Assembly: GCA_036272935.1 (NCBI GenBank) | Contig: DATAXP010000075.1 | Coordinates: forward strand, 20,511-84,510 | DNA from: Pirellulales bacterium | GTDB lineage: Bacteria > Planctomycetota > Planctomycetia > Pirellulales > PNKZ01 | Direction: 5' to 3' | Length of the DNA stretch: 64,000 nucleotides | In this document: piece after piece, positions 20,316 to 29,524 of the stretch | How the letters are laid out: every line of letters begins with the position of its first letter | How positions within the stretch are numbered: the first letter of the stretch is position 1 | Notes under the pieces: model-generated | Seen by the model: only the letters and a program-made list of their open reading frames with translations | Databases searched by the model: none | What the model was told of the DNA's origin: nothing | Position numbers and translations under genes: made by a program

Positions 20316-21995
20316 TCAGTGCCGGTCGAGGCTGCCCGATTTGTAGATCGCGCGCAGCAGGCGTAGTCCCAGGAACAGACTGGTGACGCAGCCCATCGCC
20401 CCCAGCAGCGAGAACTCCGAAATGCCCGGCAAGGTTAGCAGCGGCGCGACGCGATGCGCGCACAGCAGGGTCGAGCCGACGAACAGCGCGCTGGTAATCA
20501 TGCCGTAGACCAGCCGGTTCACCGACGGCTCGAGGCCGCGGTGCTCGAGGTGTACGTCGAACTTACCGCTTTGAATCTGCTCGAAAATCTCGATCAGCCC
20601 ACGCGGCAGCATCTCGACGAATCGTTCCAACTCGCGCGTAAAACGCTGCAGCTTGCGGAAGCGGCGTTGCGGCGAATTACGCCGCCAGATCATGGTCTTC
20701 TGATACGGCAGAATGACATCGATTAGCCGGAATTGCGGGTCCAGCAGGTGCGACGTCCCTTCGAGCATCACCAGCACCTTGATCAATAGCGCCAGCCGTG
20801 GCGGCAGCGTGATGTGGAACCGGCGAATGATCTCGACCATTTCGTTCAAGGCTGCCGAGAGGTCGAAGTTGTCGAGCTGCACCTGGGTGTAGTGCATCAC
20901 GTAGTCCGACACTTCGACCATCAAGGCCGATTCGTCGAGTCCCGGCGGCACCTTGCCGACGCGCATGATGATCGATGTCAGCCGTCGGGCGTCGTGCTGG
21001 GCGATCGCCAGCAGCAGTTCTTCCAGGTCCTCGCGCAGGTCCTCGTCGATCTGGCCGATCATGCCGAAGTCAATCAGCCCGATGCGGTCGCCGGGCAGCA
21101 CCATGATGTTCCCGGGATGCGGATCGGCATGGAACAGCCCCAGCGTGAAAATCATTTCCATGTAGGCATCGGCGCCGTGCCGGGCGACCAACGGGCGGTC
21201 GACGCCGGCGGCATCCAAGCGATCGACTTCGCTGAGCTTGATTCCTTCGAGATACTGCATCGTCAGTACCCGCGTGGTCGACAGCTCGGCGAACGCGCGC
21301 GGAATGCAGACGCGGTCGTCGTCGGCGAAGTGCTGATCGAACTGCTGCATGGCGCGCTGCTCGCGGCCGAAATCGAGCTCGCGGCGAAGCGTGCGCTGGA
21401 ACTCGGCAACCACCTCGCGCGGACGGTAGTTCTCGAACTCGGGCAATTGCTCGGCCAAGGCCGCCAGCCCGGCAAGCACTTCGAGATCGACACCGATCTT
21501 CTCTTCGATGGCCGGGTGCTGCACCTTGACCGCCACGCGCTCGCCGCTGGTGAGCCGGGCCAGGTGCACCTGTGCGATCGACGCGCTGGCCAGCGGCTGA
21601 TCGTTGAACTCGGCGAACAGTTGCTCGATCGGGCGTCGCAACTCCGTTTCGATCGTCGCGCGCACCGCCGGCGTCGGATCGGCGCGCGTTTCATCTTGCA
21701 GATGGGCTAGCTCATCGGCCAGCTCAACACTCACCAGGTCGGGACGTGTGCTGAGCACCTGACCGAGCTTCACGAACGTCGGCCCCAGCTCATTGAGCGC
21801 CAGCCGCACGCGGCAGGACGCGCTTTGCCGGGCCAGCAGTTCGCCGTCGGGGTCGCGGAATATGCCCTTGGCGAACTCGAGATCGAAGCGGCTGATCCAA
21901 TCGGCCAGGCCGTACTTGCTCAGCACCGCGAGAATCTCTCGCCAGCGGTTCACGTGGCGATAGATTTGCGGAATAGTCGTAATTTTCATCGCCAA
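20316..21995 (-). CDS. ABC1/UbiB-family atypical protein kinase with C-terminal transmembrane helices
   Basis: FVKLGQVLSTRPDLV, ASIAQVHLARL, VAVKVQHP, FHADPHPGNIMV. Hydrophobic C-terminus. Confidence 0.88.
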   Translation of the reverse strand: MAMKITTIPQIYRHVNRWREILAVLSKYGLADWISRFDLEFAKGIFRDPDGELLARQSASCRVRLALNELGPTFVKLGQVLSTRPDLVSVELADELAHLQDETRADPTPAVRATIETELRRPIEQLFAEFNDQPLASASIAQVHLARLTSGERVAVKVQHPAIEEKIGVDLEVLAGLAALAEQLPEFENYRPREVVAEFQRTLRRELDFGREQRAMQQFDQHFADDDRVCIPRAFAELSTTRVLTMQYLEGIKLSEVDRLDAAGVDRPLVARHGADAYMEMIFTLGLFHADPHPGNIMVLPGDRIGLIDFGMIGQIDEDLREDLEELLLAIAQHDARRLTSIIMRVGKVPPGLDESALMVEVSDYVMHYTQVQLDNFDLSAALNEMVEIIRRFHITLPPRLALLIKVLVMLEGTSHLLDPQFRLIDVILPYQKTMIWRRNSPQRRFRKLQRFTRELERFVEMLPRGLIEIFEQIQSGKFDVHLEHRGLEPSVNRLVYGMITSALFVGSTLLCAHRVAPLLTLPGISEFSLLGAMGCVTSLFLGLRLLRAIYKSGSLDRH

Positions 21996-22089
21996 GCGGC
22001 GGCGTTTCGCGTGCAGTGGTTCGTTGCGTCGAGCTTCGGTGTTAGACTATTGTAGCTTGATGGGGCACGAAAGACTTGGGGGTAACTCG

Positions 22090-23343
22090 ATGCGCACCGC
22101 GCTGGTGATTGTGGCAACCATATTGCTGTCCGTTGCCGCCAGCGTCGCTGCGGTGCATTGGTTGCCGATGCGGCTCGATTCGTCGGCCGGGCTCACCGGT
22201 GCGAATTCTCCCCTTTCTCCGCCGGGCACGACGCAGCAGCCGGCGGTCGTCGAAACTCCACAGGTTGTGGCGCTGGGTACGTTACAGCCCGCCTCGGGAG
22301 TGATCCAAGTCAGCGGCACCGCCGGCGAAGAGCTGGCCGAAGTGAAGGTCGCCGAAGGAGACAACGTCAAGAAAGGGGACGTGCTCGCGGTGCTCGGCAG
22401 CCACACGCTGCGCAAGGCCGAGGTCGATGCTTCGCAGGCGGCACTCGAGGAGGCTGAAAGCCAATTGCCGATCGAGCGTGCCGTCGGCGATGCCCAAGTG
22501 GCCGAAGCCGAGGTGAACCTTAAGCAGGTCGATTTGCAGCGCAGCCAAATCGCGATGCAGCAGGACAAGATCAAGTCGCTGCGCAACAACCTGGCCGTAG
22601 CGCAGGACGATCTGAAGCGCATGCAGGCGGTCGACGAGTCGATCGTTTCGACCCAACAGCGGCAGAAGCAGCAGTTGGTGGTCGACCAAGCACAGACCGA
22701 ATTGCAATCGGCCGAGCGAGGACTGGAGAACTTCAAGAAGACCTGCGATTTGGAAACGAAGCTGGCCCAAGTGAAGTTGCAGGCGGCCAAGGCGTCGCGG
22801 CAGCGGATGATTGCCACCTTGCAGATCGAGTCGTTGAAGCGCGGCGTCGAATTGGCCAAGACAAAGCTCGAGCTGTCGCTGGTCCGCGCTCCCAGCGATG
22901 GCCGTATCTTCAAGGTGGTGATGCAGCCGGGTGAAACCACCGGCCAAGCTCCGATCCTGCGCATGGGATGTGTCGACCAGATGTACGCGGCAGCCGAGGT
23001 ATACGAAACCGACATCGGCCGCGTGCAACTGCACCAGAAAGCCAAGATCACAGGCGACGCACTGATCGACCCGGCCACGCAACGAAAGTACGCGATGACC
23101 GGCGAGGTCGTGCAGATCAGCACCACGGTTGCCAAGAACGAGGTCCGCAGCCTCGATCCGACCGATCGTGGCGATCTGCGCGTGGTCGAAGTGCGCGTGC
23201 GAATCGATCCGCAGTATCGCGAGGCGGCCGCCCGGCTGATCAACCTGCAAGTGACCGTGCGGATCGACACCGCCGCCGAGAGCGCCCGGGGCACGTCGAG
23301 CGCCACGGAACAGCCTGCGGAGCCCGCGCAAGACCAGCGATGA
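22090..23343 (+). CDS. DevB/HlyD-type membrane fusion (periplasmic adaptor) protein
   Basis: The ATG at 22090 follows a GGGGG run and gives the N-terminal anchor MRTALVIVATILLSVAASVAAV. A long coiled-coil middle is followed by a beta-barrel-like C-terminus. The stop overlaps the next start (ATGA). Confidence 0.8.
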   Translation: MRTALVIVATILLSVAASVAAVHWLPMRLDSSAGLTGANSPLSPPGTTQQPAVVETPQVVALGTLQPASGVIQVSGTAGEELAEVKVAEGDNVKKGDVLAVLGSHTLRKAEVDASQAALEEAESQLPIERAVGDAQVAEAEVNLKQVDLQRSQIAMQQDKIKSLRNNLAVAQDDLKRMQAVDESIVSTQQRQKQQLVVDQAQTELQSAERGLENFKKTCDLETKLAQVKLQAAKASRQRMIATLQIESLKRGVELAKTKLELSLVRAPSDGRIFKVVMQPGETTGQAPILRMGCVDQMYAAAEVYETDIGRVQLHQKAKITGDALIDPATQRKYAMTGEVVQISTTVAKNEVRSLDPTDRGDLRVVEVRVRIDPQYREAAARLINLQVTVRIDTAAESARGTSSATEQPAEPAQDQR

Positions 23344-24479
23344 AAACTCCGCTTGCCCTGCGCAACCTGGTGCACGAGCGCGTCCGGGCCGGGGTCGCGG
23401 TGGCCGGGGTCGCGTTCGCCGTCGTGCTCATTCTGATGCAGCTTGGGTTCTTCTTCTCGGTCGCGCGCACGGCGACGCTCGTCTACGACCGGCTGAACTT
23501 CGACCTGGCGATCGTGTCGAGCGATTACCTGCACATGGGCAAGGCGGGCATGATCCCCTTGGAACGCCTGTACCAGGCGCAAGACCTTCCCGAAGTCGCC
23601 GGCGCGTCTCCGTTCTGGGTCAGCTTCAACCTATGGCTCAATCCTGATCCGCGCAGCCACCAGCGACGCAGCATGATGATCCTGGCGTTCCGCCCCGACG
23701 ATGCGGTCGTGAACCTGCCGGAAGTCGAAAAATATCGCAACGACCTGAAAGAGCTGCGCACGGTGCTCGTTGATCGATTGTCGCGGCCGGAGTTCGGTCC
23801 GCACGGCCCCGGCGTGAGCACCGATATCGGCCAGACCGCGGTCCGTGTGATTGGCGAATACACGATGGGAACAGGCTTCAGCGCCGACGGCGCCGTGATG
23901 ACCAGTGATCGCACACTGTTCATGATCACGCCCATGTTGCCGCGCAATCGCGCCACGTTGGGGCTCATCTCGCTGCGCCCCGGCACCAACGCGCGACGCG
24001 TGAAAGAACGCCTCGAACAACTGCTGCCGCAAGACAGCCAGGTGATGACGCACGACGAACTGAACCGCTATGAACAGCACCACTGGGTCGTCAAGACCAG
24101 TGTCGGCGTTATCTTTGGCCTGGGGGTAGGCGTGGCGCTCGTCGTGGGCCTGGCGATCGTGTACCAGGTGCTGTCGAGCGACATTGCCAACCGTATGCCC
24201 GAATACGCGACGCTGATGGCCATGGGCTACGGTCGCCGGTACATCTCGGGCGTGGTGTTGCAGCAGGCGGTGTTGATGGCCCTGGCAGGGTTCGTGCCGG
24301 GCTGGCTCGTGTCGTACGTGCTATTCAAGGTGGCCGCGGCCGGGGCGAACCTACCGATGGCGATGACACCGGCACTGACGCTGGCCGTGCTGGCATTGAA
24401 CCTGACCATGTGCGTCACTTCCGGACTGCTGTCGCTACGCAAAGTCAACACCGCCGATCCAGCGGACCTGTTCACATGA
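23340..24479 (+). CDS. DevC/FtsX-type ABC exporter permease, paralogue 1
   Basis: MKTPLALRNLVHERVRAGVAVAGVAFAVVLILMQLGF, a large periplasmic loop, and three C-terminal TM helices. ATGA overlaps at both ends. Confidence 0.8.
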   Translation: MKTPLALRNLVHERVRAGVAVAGVAFAVVLILMQLGFFFSVARTATLVYDRLNFDLAIVSSDYLHMGKAGMIPLERLYQAQDLPEVAGASPFWVSFNLWLNPDPRSHQRRSMMILAFRPDDAVVNLPEVEKYRNDLKELRTVLVDRLSRPEFGPHGPGVSTDIGQTAVRVIGEYTMGTGFSADGAVMTSDRTLFMITPMLPRNRATLGLISLRPGTNARRVKERLEQLLPQDSQVMTHDELNRYEQHHWVVKTSVGVIFGLGVGVALVVGLAIVYQVLSSDIANRMPEYATLMAMGYGRRYISGVVLQQAVLMALAGFVPGWLVSYVLFKVAAAGANLPMAMTPALTLAVLALNLTMCVTSGLLSLRKVNTADPADLFT

Positions 24480-25651
24480 GCCGCACGCCGCTGGCCTGGA
24501 AGAACCTGACGCATGAGTATCGCCGGCTGCTGCTGGCGGTCGCGGGCATCGGCTTCGCCGTGCTGCTGATGTTCATGCAGCTCGGGTTTCGTGGCGCGCT
24601 ATTGGAGAGCACGGTGCTGCTGCCCCAGGCGTTCAATGCCGACCTGGTGATCGTCAGCAAGACGAAGTTCGCGCTGGTGATCCGCGAAACGTTCTCGCGG
24701 CAAACACTGTTCCAGGCGCGCTCGTGTCCGGGCATCGACGAGGTGTATCCGCTGTACATGGAACTGCGCGAGTCGTCGTGGCGGCTGCCGCGCGTGATGC
24801 GCCACTCGTTGCCGGTGCGGACGCTGGCGTTCAATCCGCGCGATCCGGTGCTGCTCGATGGCGACGTGCTCCGGGCACGCGACGAACTGATGATCCCCGA
24901 CACGGTGCTGTTCGATCGGCTGTCGAAGGCCGACTACGGCAAGCCGGTCGTCGGCGAGACGGCGTACCTGGCCGATCACCGAGTGCGTGTGGTTGGCACG
25001 TTCGCGCTGGGGACCGATTTCGCCACCGACGCGACGGTGATCATGAGCGATCGCGCTTACGCCCAGTTCTTCTTTCCGCCGGGAGCAGCCGACAGCGCCC
25101 TGTCGCAGATCGATATCGGCCTGCTGACGCTAGAGCAGAAAATCAAGCGCGATCCGGCAGAAGTGCGGCGGGTACAAACGCGGCTGCGCGAGATGCTCCC
25201 TGAAAACGTACGCGTGCTCACCAAGGCCGAGTACATTGCCGCCGAACAGGACTTCTGGAATCGCAGCACGCCGGTGGGCTACGTGTTCGGCTTTGGGTTG
25301 GTGCTAGGCTTCGTCGTCGGCGTGATCATCTGCTACCAGGTGCTGTATGCCGACGTGACCGATCACATGCCCGAGTTCGCCACGCTCAAGGCGATGGGAT
25401 ATCGCACCCGGTTCTTCGTGCGGCTGATCATGCAAGAGTCGCTGTATCTTTCGGTGCTGGGGTTCATCCCGGCGCTGGTGTGCAGCGAAGCAATGTACAA
25501 GACCTTGGAGTATGTCACCGGCCTGCCGTTGAACCTGAGCGTCGGCCGGGCCTTGGCTGTGCTGTGGCTGGCCGTGGCGATGTGTGCCGTGTCCGGCTTG
25601 TTGACCTTGCGGCGCCTGCTGGCCGCCGATCCCGCGGAGTTGTTCCGATGA
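24476..25651 (+). CDS. DevC/FtsX-type ABC exporter permease, paralogue 2
   Basis: MSRTPLAWKNLTHEYRRLLLAVAGIGFAVLLMFMQLGF, colinear with paralogue 1. ATGA overlaps at both ends. Confidence 0.8.
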   Translation: MSRTPLAWKNLTHEYRRLLLAVAGIGFAVLLMFMQLGFRGALLESTVLLPQAFNADLVIVSKTKFALVIRETFSRQTLFQARSCPGIDEVYPLYMELRESSWRLPRVMRHSLPVRTLAFNPRDPVLLDGDVLRARDELMIPDTVLFDRLSKADYGKPVVGETAYLADHRVRVVGTFALGTDFATDATVIMSDRAYAQFFFPPGAADSALSQIDIGLLTLEQKIKRDPAEVRRVQTRLREMLPENVRVLTKAEYIAAEQDFWNRSTPVGYVFGFGLVLGFVVGVIICYQVLYADVTDHMPEFATLKAMGYRTRFFVRLIMQESLYLSVLGFIPALVCSEAMYKTLEYVTGLPLNLSVGRALAVLWLAVAMCAVSGLLTLRRLLAADPAELFR

Positions 25652-26826
25652 GCGTTTCCACATCGCCCGACCGCAGCGGCCTGCACCCGGAAATGGCGAC
25701 TCGCCAAATTCCCTCGACCGACGGCCGACCGCAGGTTCGCGAGCTGGCGATCAAGATTCGCAAGCTGAACCACTCGTTCGGCACCGGCGAACTGGCCAAG
25801 CAGGTGCTGTTTGAGAACAACCTCGACCTGACGCGCGGCGAGATCGTGATCATGACCGGCCCCTCAGGCTCGGGAAAGACCACGCTGCTCACACTCATCG
25901 GCGGACTGCGCACCGTGCAGCAAGGAAGCCTGCAAGTGCTGGGAAACGAGATGCACGGACTCACGTCGAAGGAGCTGATGCGCGCACGGCGGAACATCGG
26001 GTTCATCTTCCAGGCGCACAACCTGTTCGCCTCGCTGACCGCGCAGGAGAACGTGCGGATGTCGTTGGAGCTGACGCACAACAATCGCTCGGAGATGAAC
26101 GACCGCGCCGCCGAGATGCTCAAGCTGCTCGGCCTGGGACATCGCATCCATTACAAGCCGGGTTCGCTATCGGGCGGACAGCGGCAGCGAGTGGCGATCG
26201 CCAGGGCCTTGGTGAGCCGGCCGAAACTGATCCTGGCCGACGAGCCGACCGCGGCCCTGGACAAGCAGTCGGGCCGCGACGTGGTCGATTTGCTGCGTCG
26301 CGTCGCGCAGGAAGACTTGTGCACCATCCTGATGGTGACTCACGACAACCGTATTCTCGACGTCGCCGATCGCATCGTGAATATGGTCGACGGGCACGTG
26401 GTGTCCGACGTGGTGGTGAGCGCCGCGGCCGTGGTCTGCGAGTTCCTGCGCAGTTGCCCGCTGTTCGAGGGCATGACGCCGGCTACCCTGCTGGCGGTGG
26501 CCGACAAGGTAATGATCGAACGGCACTCGGCCGGCGACGTCGTGATCCGCCAAGGCGAACAAGGAGACAAGTTCTACATCATTCACCACGGCGAGGCCGA
26601 GGTGCTCGTCGAGCACAGCGGCGCAACGAAGCGCATTGCCGAACTGAAGGAACGCGATTCCTTTGGCGAAGCGGCCTTGCTGCGCAACGAACCGCGCAAC
26701 GCGACCGTGCGAATCACCAAGGACGCCGAACTGTACGTGCTCGGCAAGGAAGACTTCCGTCACGTGATCGAAACGAGCGAGACCTTCGCCGAAGAGTTGC
26801 GAAAGATTCTGTTCCAGCGGCAGTGA
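25648..26826 (+). CDS. DevA-type ABC ATPase fused to a C-terminal cyclic-nucleotide-binding domain
   Basis: Walker A GPSGSGKTTLL, signature LSGGQRQRVAIARAL, Walker B LILADEPTAALD. The C-terminal part reads FLRSCPLFEGM...GDKFYIIHHGEAEV...FGEAALLRNEPRNATVRI, which is cNMP-binding. The start ATG at 25648 overlaps the previous stop. Confidence 0.85.
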   Translation: MSVSTSPDRSGLHPEMATRQIPSTDGRPQVRELAIKIRKLNHSFGTGELAKQVLFENNLDLTRGEIVIMTGPSGSGKTTLLTLIGGLRTVQQGSLQVLGNEMHGLTSKELMRARRNIGFIFQAHNLFASLTAQENVRMSLELTHNNRSEMNDRAAEMLKLLGLGHRIHYKPGSLSGGQRQRVAIARALVSRPKLILADEPTAALDKQSGRDVVDLLRRVAQEDLCTILMVTHDNRILDVADRIVNMVDGHVVSDVVVSAAAVVCEFLRSCPLFEGMTPATLLAVADKVMIERHSAGDVVIRQGEQGDKFYIIHHGEAEVLVEHSGATKRIAELKERDSFGEAALLRNEPRNATVRITKDAELYVLGKEDFRHVIETSETFAEELRKILFQRQ

Positions 26827-26851
26827 GATGTTGCGAGGCGCTGCGCCGCCA

Positions 26852-28366
26852 CTATCTCAGCAATTGTTCGGGAAAGAAGACGCGGCGAGCCGAATGGACG
26901 ACTTCTGGCGTCGCGGGGCGTTCGACCGGTATCGGCTCCAATTCGGATAGCGGAATCGCCTTTGGTTCGGCCGCCTCATCCGGGGAATGAGCCTCGGAGA
27001 GCGCGGTCGTGTCCGGCTCGGGTGTCGGCTGCGCGGCCGTGGGGGTCGTTTCGTGGGACGACCCAGCGCCGGAGCCGCAGCACTCGATGGCCAGCTCGCC
27101 TTGCAGTTGCCGCAGATGGACCCGGGCCTGCTCGACAGCGCTGATCGCCTCGATGGTCTGGGCATCGGTTTGTAGACGGCTGATCTTGGCCACCGAGATT
27201 TCGGCGAAATTCGTGCCGCCGGTAGTGTTCAGCTTGTTCAGGTCGGCCAGGCGCTGGTCCCACGCATGGCTGCGTTCTACGGCGAGTTGCACCTGGCGCA
27301 CCCGGGCGTGGTAGGTTTCGATCGCTTCGCGGATCTGCTCGCCGATCTCGCGCTCCCGCCGGCCGCGCAGATCGAGCAACTGTCCGCGCCGAGCCGCGAT
27401 CTCGCGGTCGATCAGTGCCGGCATCAGGCAGCGGACCAGGAGCGCGTGTCCCGGCGCCGCTTCGCCCAGCAGGCCGTTGGCGGCGCGCAGATAGCTGCGC
27501 GTCAAATCCAGCGTGTCGCGATCCAACGACCACACGAGCAGTCGCAGCACGTTGAGTTCCGGCCGCTGCGATAGGCCGCGCTGCACTTCGCTCTCGATGT
27601 CCATCGGCACGAACTCAGCCGACAGCTTCGTGTCGGGCCAGAACCTCACGCCGGGTTCATGCGATTCCATTCCCAGCAGCCGCCGCAACTCGTGGTTCCC
27701 CTGCGTCAGGGACAGTTCCAGATCTTCCGTCTGCGAACGGACCTCGACCTTGCGACGTTCAAATTCCGAGGCGTCGAAGGGGATCTGCAAACCTTGCCGG
27801 TGCAACTGGGCGATCCTGTCGAGCATCTGGTCGAGCTCGTGGCCGACGCGATCGAGCACGTTGCGCTTCGCCTCCCCTTCGGCCAGGCGGTAGTAAAGCT
27901 GCATCGCGGTGCCGGCAGCATCGTTCTGCAACTCGGCGGCGGCGCCGGTGAGCACCTGCGAGCGCAATGGCGCCGCGCGGTCATGACGCGAACCACCGGA
28001 CGACACGCCGCGCTCGCGCACCATCAGGCTCGCCAGCGGCGCGGCGCGGGCCGCCATGCACTGGCACTCGATCGGCGTGAGCGCGTAGTAGTGCGCCGTG
28101 GCGGCGGGCCCCGGCGAGCCGGTCGTCGCATCCCAGGCCATCGTGCCGCGCTCCACCGCCGGCAGCGCCTCTTCGACCCAATGCGAAGCCGCTGAACCGG
28201 AGCAACACGACGAGCCCCCGCTGCGATGGATGGCGCAGCCTCCGCCGGCCACTGCAAGCGTGGCCATGCCGAGCCCCAACGCCACGACCAATAGCATGCG
28301 CCCAACGCGCATCGTCCACCTTCGGCTGGTGTCGAATCGATAAAATCGCCAACGCATGGGGTTCAT
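26852..28366 (-). CDS. TolC-like outer membrane efflux protein (probable lipoprotein) with an acidic/Pro-rich C-terminal tail
   Basis: Two OEP-like helical repeats (LYYRLAEGEAKRNVLDRV..., ...ISAVEQARVHLRQLQG). An internal start at complement 28312 gives MRVGRMLLVVALGLGMATLAVAGGGC. It is convergent with the ABC ATPase gene, 25 bp away. Confidence 0.65.
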   Translation of the reverse strand: MNPMRWRFYRFDTSRRWTMRVGRMLLVVALGLGMATLAVAGGGCAIHRSGGSSCCSGSAASHWVEEALPAVERGTMAWDATTGSPGPAATAHYYALTPIECQCMAARAAPLASLMVRERGVSSGGSRHDRAAPLRSQVLTGAAAELQNDAAGTAMQLYYRLAEGEAKRNVLDRVGHELDQMLDRIAQLHRQGLQIPFDASEFERRKVEVRSQTEDLELSLTQGNHELRRLLGMESHEPGVRFWPDTKLSAEFVPMDIESEVQRGLSQRPELNVLRLLVWSLDRDTLDLTRSYLRAANGLLGEAAPGHALLVRCLMPALIDREIAARRGQLLDLRGRREREIGEQIREAIETYHARVRQVQLAVERSHAWDQRLADLNKLNTTGGTNFAEISVAKISRLQTDAQTIEAISAVEQARVHLRQLQGELAIECCGSGAGSSHETTPTAAQPTPEPDTTALSEAHSPDEAAEPKAIPLSELEPIPVERPATPEVVHSARRVFFPEQLLR

Positions 28367-28481
28367 CGTTGCAACGGTCGCCCGGACTAGAACCTTTATG
28401 CCGCGCCTGCCTTGAGCAGCAAAAGCGGCTTAAATTCCGTGCGGCGCGTAAGAACCGACGGTAGCGATCGTGCCGATTTTG

Positions 28482-29477
28482 CTACGGCGAGCGTCGTATC
28501 GCTCGGGCGTAACCGTACTCCAAGAACCAATGCCAGGCGGCCTCGGCGGCCTGGCGGGCCGGTCGCGGCGCGTAGCCTAGCTCGGCGGCCGCCCGCGCGT
28601 AACTGAAGTGGTGCGGCAGACTTGAAAGTTCGGTCGCCGCCGAGTTGATTAATGGCTCGCGACCGGTCACGCGATGCCACAGGTCTCCAGAGCGCCCCAC
28701 CACCCACACCATCATGGGACCAGCACGCACGACCGGACCGCGCGAACCTGCAACCTCGGCAAACATTCTCCAGGCTTCCAGATACCGTAGCGGCTCCCCC
28801 CCCAGCACGTACCGTCGCCCGGCCTTGCCCCGATCCATGGCACGCAAGATACCGTCGGCAACGTCGCGCACATCGCAAAAATCGTTGCCGCCGCGCGGCG
28901 CCAGCATCGGCCGCGCCGCCACCACATCCAGCAGCATTCGCCCACTCGATGGCTTCCAATCCCAGGGGCCGAGCATGAACGCCGGATTCACGATCACCGC
29001 GTCGAGCCCCTCGCGCACCAGGTCGAGCACCACCGCCTCTCCCTGTCGCTTGCTTTGCACGTAGGGATAGCGAACCGCGGCGTCGGCTGGAGTCTCTTCG
29101 TCGGCCGGCTGGGCTCGAGTCCCCAGCCCCAGCGTATCGACGGTCGATATGTGGACCATCCGCGCGCCGGCATCGCGTGCCGCGCGGGCCACGTTGCGCG
29201 TCCCCTCGACGTTGATCGCCCGATGCGTGTCGAGCCCTGACCAGCCGATGTGCACGTGACCCGCGGCGTGGATCACTCGATCGACACCGCGCATCGCCTT
29301 CCGCAGGCATCCGGCATCGCAGACGTCGCCGACGACGATTTCCACGTCGAGCCCAGCCAGCGGCTTGTCGGCGCTGGCCGAGCGCCTCAGGACGCGCACC
29401 GCCCTGCCGCGCTCCAGCGCAAGCCGCACCACGTTATTGCCGAGCAAGCCCGTTGCCCCGGTAACCAAAAGAACCAT
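28482..29477 (-). CDS. NAD-dependent epimerase/dehydratase (extended SDR) family protein
   Basis: MVLLVTGATGLLGNNVV Rossmann motif. YxxxK region YPYVQSKRQGE. Confidence 0.85.
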   Translation of the reverse strand: MVLLVTGATGLLGNNVVRLALERGRAVRVLRRSASADKPLAGLDVEIVVGDVCDAGCLRKAMRGVDRVIHAAGHVHIGWSGLDTHRAINVEGTRNVARAARDAGARMVHISTVDTLGLGTRAQPADEETPADAAVRYPYVQSKRQGEAVVLDLVREGLDAVIVNPAFMLGPWDWKPSSGRMLLDVVAARPMLAPRGGNDFCDVRDVADGILRAMDRGKAGRRYVLGGEPLRYLEAWRMFAEVAGSRGPVVRAGPMMVWVVGRSGDLWHRVTGREPLINSAATELSSLPHHFSYARAAAELGYAPRPARQAAEAAWHWFLEYGYARAIRRSP

Positions 29478-29524
29478 GTGAGCAGTAGTGATACGTCGAT
29501 GCTTAGCCGCCGCGTTCGCTTATC

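Noticed and set aside
28396-29310. 304-aa minus-strand ORF in an alternative frame of the SDR epimerase gene.
   Set aside because: It is an Arg/Gly/Ala-rich artefact. The 28482-29477 frame carries the GATGLLG Rossmann motif and YxxxK.
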